In this document: in pieces, positions 29,145 to 41,748 of the stretch
How the letters are laid out: each line of letters starts with the position of its first letter
Numbering within the stretch: position 1 is the first letter of the stretch
Assembly (NCBI GenBank): GCA_017615655.1
Contig: JAFZZS010000005.1
Span: 1,683 to 65,682 of the forward strand
DNA length: 64,000 nt
Source: Alphaproteobacteria bacterium
GTDB taxonomy: Bacteria > Pseudomonadota > Alphaproteobacteria > Rs-D84
Reading direction: 5' to 3'
Notes under the pieces: model-generated
Databases searched by the model: none
What the model saw: only the letters and a program-made list of their open reading frames with translations
Told to the model about the DNA's origin: nothing
Translations under genes and position numbers: made by a program

Positions 29145-30381
29145 TACCCCGATTTAGCAACACTTTACGTCTGTATGCAGCAAGCGCTATTTCATTACTT
29201 TGTTGTTTTTTATCTTCACACTCTTTATCCATATCCAACACTTTTTGATTACCTTGCTTAAAGTTTTCTAGTTTGTGCTTTACCTCGGCTAATTTTCCCT
29301 TGGGATCATCTTTTTGCGCATCTTCGCGATTCAGTAAATTATCTGGTTTTTGCAGAACATCTTTATTTTCCTGTTTCTTTTCCAAATCATCCACATGGTG
29401 AATGCCGTGTATATGAACATCAAGATGATTTTGTTTCTGTGTCGATTGTGTATTCTGACTTTCCCTATCCGCAGTTTCCAACTCTTCTATTTGGTTGTAT
29501 ATCTCGGCGGATAAATCCAATATACCCTTTTCTGTATTCCTGTGTTTTTTGACATCACCAAATATATTTCTATATGCATCGACCATTTCATCTGAAACTA
29601 ATTTACTATCGGCGACATCTTTTAGGGCAACCATCATCTGACGGAAAGATTCATCACTATGTTTACGATCAACCATATCGACTATCTTGCGTAATTTTTG
29701 TATTGCAGCCTTATTAGATTTTGGTGTTTCATCAGTCTTGGTATTTTGAACAACATCTTCACGATTCATCAGATTTTCAGGTGTTTGCAAAATATCTTTA
29801 TTTTGCTGTTTCTTTGAAAATTCCGTACTATACGGTGCATCCATTGTTTTTTTAACTTCTTCTTTTTCAAACAATTCTGCGGTTTTCGATTTTTCTTTAG
29901 GCTCTACAATTTTTTCCTCTATTGGTGTTTGTTGCACCGATGATGTCTTGGGCTCTTGTTCTAAAATCTGCGGATTAACTGTTTTTTGTTCAGAATTTAA
30001 CGATGCATCGTTCTGTATTTTTTCTATTACTTCCTTAACAAGATTTTCTATTTCGTTCATATTATTCCAAACATCATCATACGCAGCATCTGCACGTTCT
30101 AAATGCGGATATATATTTGGTAATTCTTTCATCGCGTCGGTCCATACCCGACTAAAATTATCAAAACTTTCTTTGTCATAAGATTCTAAATCTAATTCGC
30201 TAACTGCATGCGCCACAGGTTCTAATGTTTCAACCACAGCATTAAGGGGCAAAGCACTATTTGGATGGGTTTCGGGATCTCTGTTTGCAACCTCAGCATA
30301 AACTTTTGACCGATTATACCGACGCAATATATCGTTTTTAATCTGCTCAAAATCTTCTATCAGCTTTTTAGATAATGGCAT
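29131..30381 (-). CDS. hypothetical charged helical protein with internal repeat
   Basis: KQ.NKD.LQ.P.NL.NRED occurs twice. Confidence 0.6.
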   Translation of the reverse strand: MPLSKKLIEDFEQIKNDILRRYNRSKVYAEVANRDPETHPNSALPLNAVVETLEPVAHAVSELDLESYDKESFDNFSRVWTDAMKELPNIYPHLERADAAYDDVWNNMNEIENLVKEVIEKIQNDASLNSEQKTVNPQILEQEPKTSSVQQTPIEEKIVEPKEKSKTAELFEKEEVKKTMDAPYSTEFSKKQQNKDILQTPENLMNREDVVQNTKTDETPKSNKAAIQKLRKIVDMVDRKHSDESFRQMMVALKDVADSKLVSDEMVDAYRNIFGDVKKHRNTEKGILDLSAEIYNQIEELETADRESQNTQSTQKQNHLDVHIHGIHHVDDLEKKQENKDVLQKPDNLLNREDAQKDDPKGKLAEVKHKLENFKQGNQKVLDMDKECEDKKQQSNEIALAAYRRKVLLNRGNGNV

Positions 30382-30407
30382 TTATCATCCCTTTTATAAA
30401 AGCATTA

Positions 30408-32831
<2,424 letters not shown>

Positions 32832-32896
32832 TCAAAAACATAGCAAATTATGGTATAATTGTAAAGAAAAAAGGAAAAAACAAAGGATTTTTTACA

Positions 32897-33151
32897 ATGT
32901 CGGAAAGTTATACAGTTGACGATTGCCTTACTGCAGAAGAATATGCTAAAACCAATGGGTTAAACAAAGAAATTGTAGAAAAAGCAATCAGACGAGCCAA
33001 GGGCCTTGTTGTAAAACATGAAAATCGTCGCATAAGTGTTATAATTTCAACACGAAGCAAAGGAAATACACCGCGTATTCACCCATCTGCGCCCGCACAA
33101 GAAAAATTCAAAGAAATAATAAACAAAATAACAAAAGGGAAAGAGCTATGA
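32897..33151 (+). CDS. small basic putative DNA-binding protein
   Basis: LTAEEYAK.NGL....V.KAIRR HTH-like pattern; AAGGA RBS. Confidence 0.5.
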   Translation: MSESYTVDDCLTAEEYAKTNGLNKEIVEKAIRRAKGLVVKHENRRISVIISTRSKGNTPRIHPSAPAQEKFKEIINKITKGKEL

Positions 33152-33720
33152 AGTTTAAATTAATATATTTTGGTGAAATTTTAATTAACCCCAAAAAGCG
33201 CGCCCAGCATATATCAGACATACGTATGCAGTTTCATCCACAGTTAAAAAAACTGGTCGAACACCAACCATGGAATAATCTTACACAATATATGGCACCA
33301 GATGCGACAAAAAGCCCAATTACAACGCATCATATTGGCGGGATAGATTGGAATCCGATTATTACACCAAAATTGAAACTTATTGCTGAACTTGACATTC
33401 AAATGTTGCACCCCGAAATAGTAGGTGTTCCGCGTTCTGATATAGATAATCGAATAAAAACTCTTTTTGATGGTCTGCGTTGCCCACAAAATGAACATGA
33501 AATTGGGCAAAATGTACCCCGTGATATTGGACCAATTTACACATTACTAGATGACGATCACCTTATTACTAAAATATCAGTGAATACAAGCCACCTTTTA
33601 TCAACCAATATGTTTAATCAAGATATCGCAAAATTAAGTCCGGATTGTGTGTTTTTGATGATTGATGTAAACATGCGTGTTGCCGAAGGAACATTGGAAA
33701 ACCTGCCATTTATGGTATAG
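33148..33720 (+). CDS. RusA-like endonuclease-fold protein
   Basis: DIDNRIKTLFDGL...LLDDD..I resembles the RusA catalytic motif. Confidence 0.6.
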   Translation: MKFKLIYFGEILINPKKRAQHISDIRMQFHPQLKKLVEHQPWNNLTQYMAPDATKSPITTHHIGGIDWNPIITPKLKLIAELDIQMLHPEIVGVPRSDIDNRIKTLFDGLRCPQNEHEIGQNVPRDIGPIYTLLDDDHLITKISVNTSHLLSTNMFNQDIAKLSPDCVFLMIDVNMRVAEGTLENLPFMV

Positions 33721-33737
33721 AGGGCACGGCAGAAATC

Positions 33738-33768
33738 AAAAATACCGGATATTTTATCCGGTATTTTT
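33738..33768. terminator. bidirectional terminator
   Basis: AAAAATACCGGATA-TTT-TATCCGGTATTTTT between convergent genes. Confidence 0.8.
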
Positions 33769-34652
33769 TATATTGTCTCAATTTGTCTTTCCGTGGGAAC
33801 ACTAATATTTCTATTATCTGGATGTCGCAGTTGTTGCGTTTTCCTTATTCCTTCTAATACATCAATCCGTTTTTTAAGGTCATTGTTTTCTGCCCTAAGA
33901 CGCCTTATCTCCGCCAACGCCTCTTCCATTGTTTGTGGTTCAACCTCGACCGATTGTGTCTGTTGAGCAGACAGCTGTTTTTTTGCATTTATTCTTTCCT
34001 GTATAGGGGCAAAATATTTTTTTATTTGCTGTAACTTGTTGTCATTATATTGCACACCCCGATAATCAAGCCCATCGGATTCATACTTGTGTTTCAACAT
34101 TTTATAAATTTTTTCGATATCCTCATCGGAAATTTGTAAACTTTCAGCATTGTCCGATAATATTTTAAAATCCTCTTCTTCTGGTCGTTCAGATTCTAAA
34201 ATACGCACAAGTAAAAATTTATTTATTTCTGGATTATTCATTCGAAAACCTTTATAGACACTTCCACTGTTATAAAGGAATCTACGATACAAGTATTGTA
34301 TATTATAATCCCTTACACCGTTGGCTATTTTCTTTTTATCGATACCTTTCAATATATTAAACAGAACTTTTTGCCCTTCTACATCATCGGTGTTTTGGAA
34401 TAATCTAACAATTTTTTGTGCATCTTGGATTATATCAGGTTCACGACGAACGAGACGATTTGCCATCTTTACAAAATCTTCTTCATTACTATGAATCCGT
34501 GAACTTAAAATTTCACTTCGGCATGCTAGTAACGAATATTTTTTATCAAAAAAGAACTCTGCATTCCATGGTGCGCCACTAATGATATTGACCACAATCG
34601 CCACCAATTCAAGTAATTCTGTACCACTAGTCTTAAATGTATATTTATCCAT
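33768..34652 (-). CDS. hypothetical protein with C-terminal coiled coil
   Basis: 294-aa ORF; EIRRLRAENNDLKKRI. Confidence 0.6.
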   Translation of the reverse strand: MDKYTFKTSGTELLELVAIVVNIISGAPWNAEFFFDKKYSLLACRSEILSSRIHSNEEDFVKMANRLVRREPDIIQDAQKIVRLFQNTDDVEGQKVLFNILKGIDKKKIANGVRDYNIQYLYRRFLYNSGSVYKGFRMNNPEINKFLLVRILESERPEEEDFKILSDNAESLQISDEDIEKIYKMLKHKYESDGLDYRGVQYNDNKLQQIKKYFAPIQERINAKKQLSAQQTQSVEVEPQTMEEALAEIRRLRAENNDLKKRIDVLEGIRKTQQLRHPDNRNISVPTERQIETI

Positions 34653-34714
34653 TTATTATTTCCTTCTATACAGGATATTCTATCAGAAAAACATAAAATT
34701 TCCAAAAAATTGTA

Positions 34715-35785
34715 TTATGACAAAAATGCCGTAATCTGGTCTTGCATTTGAAATGTTCCAAGAACAATCCACGCAATTACAGCAGATATTAATAGAATTC
34801 CGACCGTATTCAAAACATTAGCCACTGATTCTATTTTTTTAACAGAATTTTCCAAGTAATCGTTTGATATTTGGTTAAGGTTTGTATCAAAATCATTCAT
34901 ATCTGCATATATAGTTAAATCACCGATAAGTTCTTGATTTGGAAAATCCATACCTGTATTTTGCAACGCGTCACCAAGGTTGTCACCATTTGCAATATAA
35001 CGCAATGTGGCTTCTAATATCTTTCTTAGATACCTGTTAGAATTATCGGCAAGCATTCGCATTGCATCAGGAATTGCAACACCAGACGACACCATTGCCG
35101 CAAGCGACATCATCCAACCAACAGATAAACGTATTTTATAAATATTCCATGGTGGAAACTTATCAAACGCGCCACGTAAATGCCCAGACCAACGGGGCAG
35201 TGACCATATAACAGCAACCGCGAATGCCCCAATTACTATTGAAAAAATCTGCCAATATTTACTTGCCAAATTAGATATCCATATGAGCGTCGCGGCTCCC
35301 CCTGTCCATACCATTGAATCACCTGCAACCTCGGCAAGTGGCGGAACAAGATAAAGCCCAACCATTATGATTATTCCAATCACCAAAACAAACAATAATA
35401 ACGGGTATGCAATTGCACCAAACACAGCACTGCTAATACGTTTATTCGCAACAATAATTTTACTTACATTTTCAAGTGCGACTACTAAACTTGATGTATT
35501 ACCTGATGTTAATAAAAGCGTCTCTTCGGCAGGAACCCATCCGCGTGTCGCCTCTGAAAAACTTAGCCCCCGTTCAAGATTCTTTTCCCATTCGCGCATG
35601 CAAATTGCAAATGGTTCGTTTGGTTTAGATCCACCTTTGGATTCAATCATTTGAATACGATTAAGTGCATCAACTAGTGTAAAATCATTTTTTAACAAAG
35701 ACACCAACTTGCGCCAAATTGTAATGCGCTTGTCCTGACTAAATCTGCAAATAAGCTTTGCATAAAGTATTTCAAGTTTATTCAT
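34715..35785 (-). CDS. type IV pilus platform protein (GspF/PilR-like)
   Basis: Two T2SSF-like repeats, AIAYP, G..LG.AL..TG.DFP, three TM segments. Confidence 0.85.
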   Translation of the reverse strand: MNKLEILYAKLICRFSQDKRITIWRKLVSLLKNDFTLVDALNRIQMIESKGGSKPNEPFAICMREWEKNLERGLSFSEATRGWVPAEETLLLTSGNTSSLVVALENVSKIIVANKRISSAVFGAIAYPLLLFVLVIGIIIMVGLYLVPPLAEVAGDSMVWTGGAATLIWISNLASKYWQIFSIVIGAFAVAVIWSLPRWSGHLRGAFDKFPPWNIYKIRLSVGWMMSLAAMVSSGVAIPDAMRMLADNSNRYLRKILEATLRYIANGDNLGDALQNTGMDFPNQELIGDLTIYADMNDFDTNLNQISNDYLENSVKKIESVANVLNTVGILLISAVIAWIVLGTFQMQDQITAFLS

Positions 35786-35790
35786 GATTA

Positions 35791-37428
35791 TTAATAAACC
35801 CCTGGTCTATCAAGTAAACCAACCCAACGTTCTAATTCATCAACACCGATAATTCCGCGCAACATAAGTTCAGATGCAGCCTCTTTTAATGTACGCCCAT
35901 CCATTTCTTCTAACCAATATTTAACTGCAGCCTCGGTATCACCGGCCAGTGCAAGTCGTAAAAATTCGCTGTTAGTAATTATTATTTCACCAGCTTTAAT
36001 ACGACCACGTGTTCCGGTTCCACCGCAATGTTCGCAACCTGCGCCACGAACATAAACCTGATTTAAACCAATCTCGCCAAAGGCGTCCATAACACGTCCA
36101 TATTCTGAATATTCTGGATGTGCAGACAATTTTTCACGACAATTCGGGCAAAGACGTTTGAACAAACGCATAGAAACAAGACCACGCATCATAGTCTCTT
36201 CTTTTAACTTAAACGCTTCTACCCCCATATCTAGCAATCTAACTAATGCCGCCATTGCGGAATTCGCATGCAATGTTGTCCAAACATTATGACCAGACAA
36301 CGCACCCTTTACCGTCAGTTGTGCTGCGGCCAATGTTCTTATTTCACCGACCATAAGCGTATCAGGGTCACTACGTAATGCGGCGGCAAGAGCCTCGGTA
36401 TATTCTGCCTCACGTTGTTCTTCATTTGCGGTGTTCACAACAGGAATCTGATGGGCACCAAATATCTTTTGTTCAACTGGATCTTCCACTGTTATCAGAT
36501 TGATTTCATAATGATGTTCTTTTAACATCAACACCATGTTTCTGACAAGTGTCGTCGACTTACCTGAACTCGTTGGACCTGCAACAACAACCAATCCTGT
36601 GGGGTAAGAACGTAACCTACGCAACAACTTTTGTTCATACTTTCCAAATTCTTGCTCTGTTGTAATATTTTCAGATGGATTATCATATAACAATCGCATA
36701 ACAACATAACGCGATCCAAATGCAATTGGATTAAATTGCATTCTGATACTAAGCACCCCTTGTGGTAAATACAAATCTTTTGTCCCACGCAGCGGTGTTC
36801 GTCCATCTTTTTGTGCGGATTGGTATTCATTTTGTGCATAGTTTGCATTTGATATATCTGCTGATGCAAATGCGGCACGAACAAAAGATTCACCCCAACT
36901 GGAATTAAATTCCAGCACTGGTTGCATACTTCCATCTATACGAAAATATATTGTTGTTTGGTCTGCTACTTCAATATGAATATCAGAAACCTTTTGTGCC
37001 GCCGCCCTTGCGACAATATCTACAAAATCTTTCTGCATCTGATTATTATATTCAAAGCGCGATTTTACAGAATCACCAAGAGTACTTTCATGATATTTAT
37101 ATATAGCAGATACCAAACCTAAATCAGAATAAAATGGTATTCGTATTGGGCGACCCTTGCGTTTTAACAAATCCATGAACGCAAGTACACGACCATCATA
37201 TTTATGTGTACGTGACACGATTATGCATCCGCCCGAAAAGTAAGCCAATAACCCTTGGGTATCTTTTGGCAATTCAAACTCGCCACCAGGCGCCGTAAGT
37301 AATTTATTATCCTCAGAAAACAAATAATCGATTATTTCCTGATTATCGGCATGCTCTAACCCCGCCGGAATAGACGGTTTCTTGGAACTTGGTAAAATAT
37401 CCAAAATTACTTTTTCTTCTGTCTTCAT
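35791..37428 (-). CDS. type IVb pilus assembly ATPase (GspE/PilQ-like)
   Basis: SDIHIE, GPTSSGKSTT, TVEDPVE, LRSDPD..MVGEIR, TTLHANSA, tetracysteine motif. Confidence 0.9.
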   Translation of the reverse strand: MKTEEKVILDILPSSKKPSIPAGLEHADNQEIIDYLFSEDNKLLTAPGGEFELPKDTQGLLAYFSGGCIIVSRTHKYDGRVLAFMDLLKRKGRPIRIPFYSDLGLVSAIYKYHESTLGDSVKSRFEYNNQMQKDFVDIVARAAAQKVSDIHIEVADQTTIYFRIDGSMQPVLEFNSSWGESFVRAAFASADISNANYAQNEYQSAQKDGRTPLRGTKDLYLPQGVLSIRMQFNPIAFGSRYVVMRLLYDNPSENITTEQEFGKYEQKLLRRLRSYPTGLVVVAGPTSSGKSTTLVRNMVLMLKEHHYEINLITVEDPVEQKIFGAHQIPVVNTANEEQREAEYTEALAAALRSDPDTLMVGEIRTLAAAQLTVKGALSGHNVWTTLHANSAMAALVRLLDMGVEAFKLKEETMMRGLVSMRLFKRLCPNCREKLSAHPEYSEYGRVMDAFGEIGLNQVYVRGAGCEHCGGTGTRGRIKAGEIIITNSEFLRLALAGDTEAAVKYWLEEMDGRTLKEAASELMLRGIIGVDELERWVGLLDRPGVY

Positions 37429-38156
37429 TTTGTCAAAGACGCTTTATTTTGACCACCAACATTAAGGGTATATGTTTCACCATCTTTGGTAAACACAACC
37501 CCTTCGTCGAGTGATATTGATTTTACCGTATAACCATCAACATCTTTGCCGACACTTATGCGTTTATTTTGACCATTAGATAACTCTTGGATAGTAGCCT
37601 GCAATTGTGCACCTGCACCAAAAACATTTAACAATTTATACTTTTTTGTAATTTCTGTTTCCTCGGCAGATTCAGTCGCAGCAACTTTTCTTGGTTTGTA
37701 GTCTGTGGTCGGTTGAGTATCTAAATCTTCTTTTTCTCGCTCTAAACGTTTTGCTTCTGCTTCAAGTCTTGCACGTTCTGTTTCGAATTCCTGTTGCTGT
37801 TGCTCGGCACGTCCAGACAAAGTATCAATTTCCATATGTAATTTTATTTTCTCTGCAGCCAACCTATCCAAATCAAGATTCAACTGTGCACGTTCTTTTT
37901 CTAACTGCATTAAAACTTTTTCTTGTTCCAAATCAGTAATTTGCTGAAACAAAGAACCTTCTATTTGGTAATCTTCTATTGCCTCGGCAGAAATTTCATC
38001 ATTAACTTCTGCTTCGTTAAATTCACCATCATCAAACACATTCACAGATTCAATAACATCGGCAACATTATCAAACTGCGTTTCACCTGCAGCATACACA
38101 ACAGATGATATACAGATAAGAAATACAGACAATAATAATTTAATTTTAGTTTGCAT
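37425..38156 (-). CDS. type IVb pilus accessory protein (PilP-like)
   Basis: Signal peptide, coiled coil, C-terminal V.G.G..L.A...G..V.SI...GV domain; operon context. Confidence 0.6.
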   Translation of the reverse strand: MQTKIKLLLSVFLICISSVVYAAGETQFDNVADVIESVNVFDDGEFNEAEVNDEISAEAIEDYQIEGSLFQQITDLEQEKVLMQLEKERAQLNLDLDRLAAEKIKLHMEIDTLSGRAEQQQQEFETERARLEAEAKRLEREKEDLDTQPTTDYKPRKVAATESAEETEITKKYKLLNVFGAGAQLQATIQELSNGQNKRISVGKDVDGYTVKSISLDEGVVFTKDGETYTLNVGGQNKASLTK

Positions 38157-39408
38157 AGATTATCACCTCATAGTTCCACATTTTTTTCGTCATACTCCAC
38201 GATGCTTTTGTCATATAAACACCGCCAAAATCGTCAAAGATCTGCATAAATTGATATGGTATCAATTTAGAATCTGCGGAAACCTCGACAACAAAAACCT
38301 CGGCAGATTGCGCGCCATTAGAAACGATATCCGCAACGGCATTTATCCCGGCATTAAGTTTTATTGCCTGGAATCTGCTTGTCAACTCTCGCATTATCGT
38401 ATCTGTATCGCGCATATCACGTGATGGCACAGGCACACGTTCTGGTAGTTTTGCACGCACAGTTACTTCGTCATCATTCATCTCTTGAACAAATACACCA
38501 GGCATTATGTTTCCTGCAATAGAATAAAAATCATCTAGTGTACCAAAAGAACGTCTAAATACCGCACTAACATATTTTTCATCACATTCGGCAGATATCT
38601 GAACCCATCCAGTAACTGGTTGCATCACAAATCCGATTGCCTTGTAACATAAATCTGCCCGCTCGACCATATCAGGCAACAATTCATACGGCATAACCAA
38701 GGGTTCTTTTTCAAGCTCTTGACGCAAATTATATTCTTTATCAAGTTCTTTGTTTTTCTCTTCTATTTGTCGCTTATATTCATCGGCAAGTTCTGGATTT
38801 ATCTTTGCAACCTGGGGCTTTGGTGTAAATATTTGATTTATTGGTTCACGGAAAATATAAAGAAACAATATTCCAAATAAAAGCATTAACAAAAGCGATA
38901 TTGCACCCGCCCCAAAACGACTTATTGGACGTAAGACACCATGATTATTGCCCAAAACCAAGTCTTTTATATCTCTTTCAACCGTACGTGGCATTCCCCA
39001 ATCAGCCGGTGCAATCAATGCGTTCCAATCTGGAATTTCGGTCAATTCTGCATATTTAGCACGTGCATCAGCCTCGTTATCAAACAGTAAATCGTATAAA
39101 ATAACACCATTTCTGACCGCAATTAAAACGAATTTATTATCAACACTGAATGCACAAAGCATCGATGCATAACCGGGTAACGATTCTATAATTTCTGCGG
39201 CAATTGATGGCATTCCTGAACGAATTCCATTAGACCGTGCACCCAAACCAATCATACCAGAGTATGCAATATATCGATTTAATTTGTGATCTATACCACG
39301 TGCCAATTTATAGGCATACGCGCGCGACGTAAAGCCTGTAACCATTGGCTGCCAAAGCAAACCAGCGGCATATTTTTTTCTTTTAATATGTACGTATTGT
39401 CCTGACAA
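38146..39408 (-). CDS. type IVb pilus accessory protein (PilO2-like)
   Basis: YAAGL.WQP N-terminus, A.RNG.I..D, central TM; operon context. Confidence 0.7.
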   Translation of the reverse strand: MSGQYVHIKRKKYAAGLLWQPMVTGFTSRAYAYKLARGIDHKLNRYIAYSGMIGLGARSNGIRSGMPSIAAEIIESLPGYASMLCAFSVDNKFVLIAVRNGVILYDLLFDNEADARAKYAELTEIPDWNALIAPADWGMPRTVERDIKDLVLGNNHGVLRPISRFGAGAISLLLMLLFGILFLYIFREPINQIFTPKPQVAKINPELADEYKRQIEEKNKELDKEYNLRQELEKEPLVMPYELLPDMVERADLCYKAIGFVMQPVTGWVQISAECDEKYVSAVFRRSFGTLDDFYSIAGNIMPGVFVQEMNDDEVTVRAKLPERVPVPSRDMRDTDTIMRELTSRFQAIKLNAGINAVADIVSNGAQSAEVFVVEVSADSKLIPYQFMQIFDDFGGVYMTKASWSMTKKMWNYEVIIYAN

Positions 39409-39532
39409 ATTCTCTCTCTATACCTATCGTGATAGAATTATAACATAAAACAATATTTCAATTCCAGTGTAAAAACATCTGTTATAAAAATAACAGTATT
39501 TATTTCAAGAACAAAAACAATAAGAATTACTT

Positions 39533-39889
39533 TTACTTTGTTTTAGCCGTTTTTATGGTTTCAACATTCGGGCAATCATAGACATTTGCCACAAGTATAA
39601 AAGTATTTTTTGGACCAAATACGGCCCCATCATTCTGCTTTATTCGCTCACTTACAATCCAATATACATTTCCAGGATGTGACTGATTTGCAATACTGTT
39701 TTCTAAATATCTGTGTGCATCATCCTGTTTATATGCTGAAACAGATGATTCAATCTTGTACAAAAATGTACATCCAGTCGGTTCTTTATCAAGTTCTTTA
39801 ATATTTTCGCTGCCATTTTCATTCTTAATATATCCGCCACAGTTACACAAAACAAGACCCATAAAAAACAAACAAAAATATTTTTTCAT
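39533..39889 (-). CDS. hypothetical lipoprotein (DUF4156-like)
   Basis: Lipobox, P.GC.FL, terminal VY.CP. Confidence 0.55.
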   Translation of the reverse strand: MKKYFCLFFMGLVLCNCGGYIKNENGSENIKELDKEPTGCTFLYKIESSVSAYKQDDAHRYLENSIANQSHPGNVYWIVSERIKQNDGAVFGPKNTFILVANVYDCPNVETIKTAKTK

Positions 39890-39907
39890 ACTTGCCTTCC
39901 TTTCTAT

Positions 39908-40846
39908 TTATTCTGCATCAATTATATCATAATTTGCCGGATTACTAAACAATTTTCTAAGAATTATATTATTCATCGCATGACTGCCTTTATATGATTC
40001 TAAATTTCCAATGATAAACCCACCAGATGTAAACATATCACCAATTGCATCTATAATTTTATGTCTTACAAATTCATTAGGCCAAAAAATCTTGTTTAAC
40101 GTCCCATCACCTTTGTCATTTAACGCAATAACGTTTGTTTCATTTGCACCACGTGCCATGCCGTGAGATTTAAGATACTCCCATTCGGAAAATTTTCCAA
40201 ACGTCCGCGCACTTGCTATATTTTTAACAAATTCTTTAACCGTTTTTTTCGTACCATCAAAAGAATATGTAAAACTCTGACTGCCTATTATTTTTTCAGG
40301 ATAAACAAGTGTGGCACTAATATTAAGCGCACCATTATTTGAAGGTGAAAGTTGAACAAAACCATTTGTTTTTCGACCTGATAAAAAATTCATAATATAA
40401 ATTTTCATGCGCGTAAACCACGATAACTGACGTAAAGCCTCATGCGAAGTAACGATAATTGAACGCCTTACTATTATCTTTTTTAGTTTTCCTGGGGTTA
40501 TGCCAGCATTGTAAATTTCGTTGTAAAATTGCTTCGCACTACCGTCTAAAATTGGTGTTTCTGAACCATCTATATCAATAATTGCACTATCAACCCCAGC
40601 AATAAATAATGCCGCCATTAAATGCTCTATGGTTTTTACATGTTCCCCTGATAATTTCCCAATTGTTGTATTGCGCATCTTTGTATCACCAACATTATCA
40701 AAAGACGCAGGAATCAACTTATCTGACATATCAATGCGATGAAAAAAAATACCTTGTTTTTTCGAAGGTTTTACTAACATATTTACCAACGCCCCAGAAT
40801 GAATTCCAACACCCGAAAATTTAATCTGTTTTTTTATCGTCGGCAT
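39908..40846 (-). CDS. lpxC: UDP-3-O-acyl-N-acetylglucosamine deacetylase
   Basis: GVGIHSG, TIEHLMAAL, PILDGSA, ARTFG, EFVRHKIIDAIGD, GSH..N. Confidence 0.95.
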   Translation of the reverse strand: MPTIKKQIKFSGVGIHSGALVNMLVKPSKKQGIFFHRIDMSDKLIPASFDNVGDTKMRNTTIGKLSGEHVKTIEHLMAALFIAGVDSAIIDIDGSETPILDGSAKQFYNEIYNAGITPGKLKKIIVRRSIIVTSHEALRQLSWFTRMKIYIMNFLSGRKTNGFVQLSPSNNGALNISATLVYPEKIIGSQSFTYSFDGTKKTVKEFVKNIASARTFGKFSEWEYLKSHGMARGANETNVIALNDKGDGTLNKIFWPNEFVRHKIIDAIGDMFTSGGFIIGNLESYKGSHAMNNIILRKLFSNPANYDIIDAE

Positions 40847-41747
40847 TTAATTTCTCCTTTAACCAATCAAAAAACTTTGTATCCAAAACCGTTTCAAGTT
40901 TTGCATACTTAATTTCGTCGCGCACAGCAATCGGTAAACGAACCCAATCTTTTTCTGTAGTAACAAGTTTTGCTTTTTTCTTTGCCGCAAGTTTTTTTAA
41001 TTCCAAAATATCTTCATCTGTATATTGATAGTGGTCACCAAAAGCGCGGTGCGCAACTATACCGTCCAATGATTTGAAAAATTTTTTTGGATATCCTATA
41101 CCAGCAAAAGCGACTATTTTTGTATTCTTGGTATATGGCGATATTGTTTTGTTTTCTGCATAAAATATTGGCACACCTGATGGTAATTTGAAACGCTTCC
41201 TGGGTTTTCCATTTTTAATAATAATTATTGCATCTGCTTTTTTAGCCTTGTACTTTGGTTCACGTAACGGCCCAGCCGGCAATAAAAAACCATTTCCATA
41301 ACCTATCATTTGGTCAAAGACCAAAATAGAAACATCCTTTTTAATAAGCGGATTTTGTAATCCATCATCCATTAAAATTGGGCCATGTTCATTTTTTTGC
41401 CTATCTAATAACATTATATTACTTTTTCTATGCCCAACATGTACGGCGATACCGTCGTGCATTAGCATTGTCGCTTCGTCACCAATATTTGCGGTACTGG
41501 CCGTACGCTTGTATCCGCGCATAACCACGGGGGCATCTAAATAATTTGCAAGTGTCCTAACAATAGGTGTTTTTCCAACACCCCCCGCAAGTATTCCACC
41601 AATACACACAACCTTGCGACGCGATTTATAAGCGAACATTCGGCGCCAATTAAAAACAAGGCGCGATATAAAATAGTAAACAAAAGCAACCGGCAATAAT
41701 AAAAATGCCAACGGTGTTTTATGTAAAAACCACCAAGGTGTTTTCAT
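40821..41747 (-). CDS. lpxK: tetraacyldisaccharide 4'-kinase
   Basis: GGVGKTP, GDEA, MDDGLQ, LPAGPLRE, TTEKD.VRL. Confidence 0.95.
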   Translation of the reverse strand: MKTPWWFLHKTPLAFLLLPVAFVYYFISRLVFNWRRMFAYKSRRKVVCIGGILAGGVGKTPIVRTLANYLDAPVVMRGYKRTASTANIGDEATMLMHDGIAVHVGHRKSNIMLLDRQKNEHGPILMDDGLQNPLIKKDVSILVFDQMIGYGNGFLLPAGPLREPKYKAKKADAIIIIKNGKPRKRFKLPSGVPIFYAENKTISPYTKNTKIVAFAGIGYPKKFFKSLDGIVAHRAFGDHYQYTDEDILELKKLAAKKKAKLVTTEKDWVRLPIAVRDEIKYAKLETVLDTKFFDWLKEKLNADDKKTD

Positions 41748-41748
41748 T

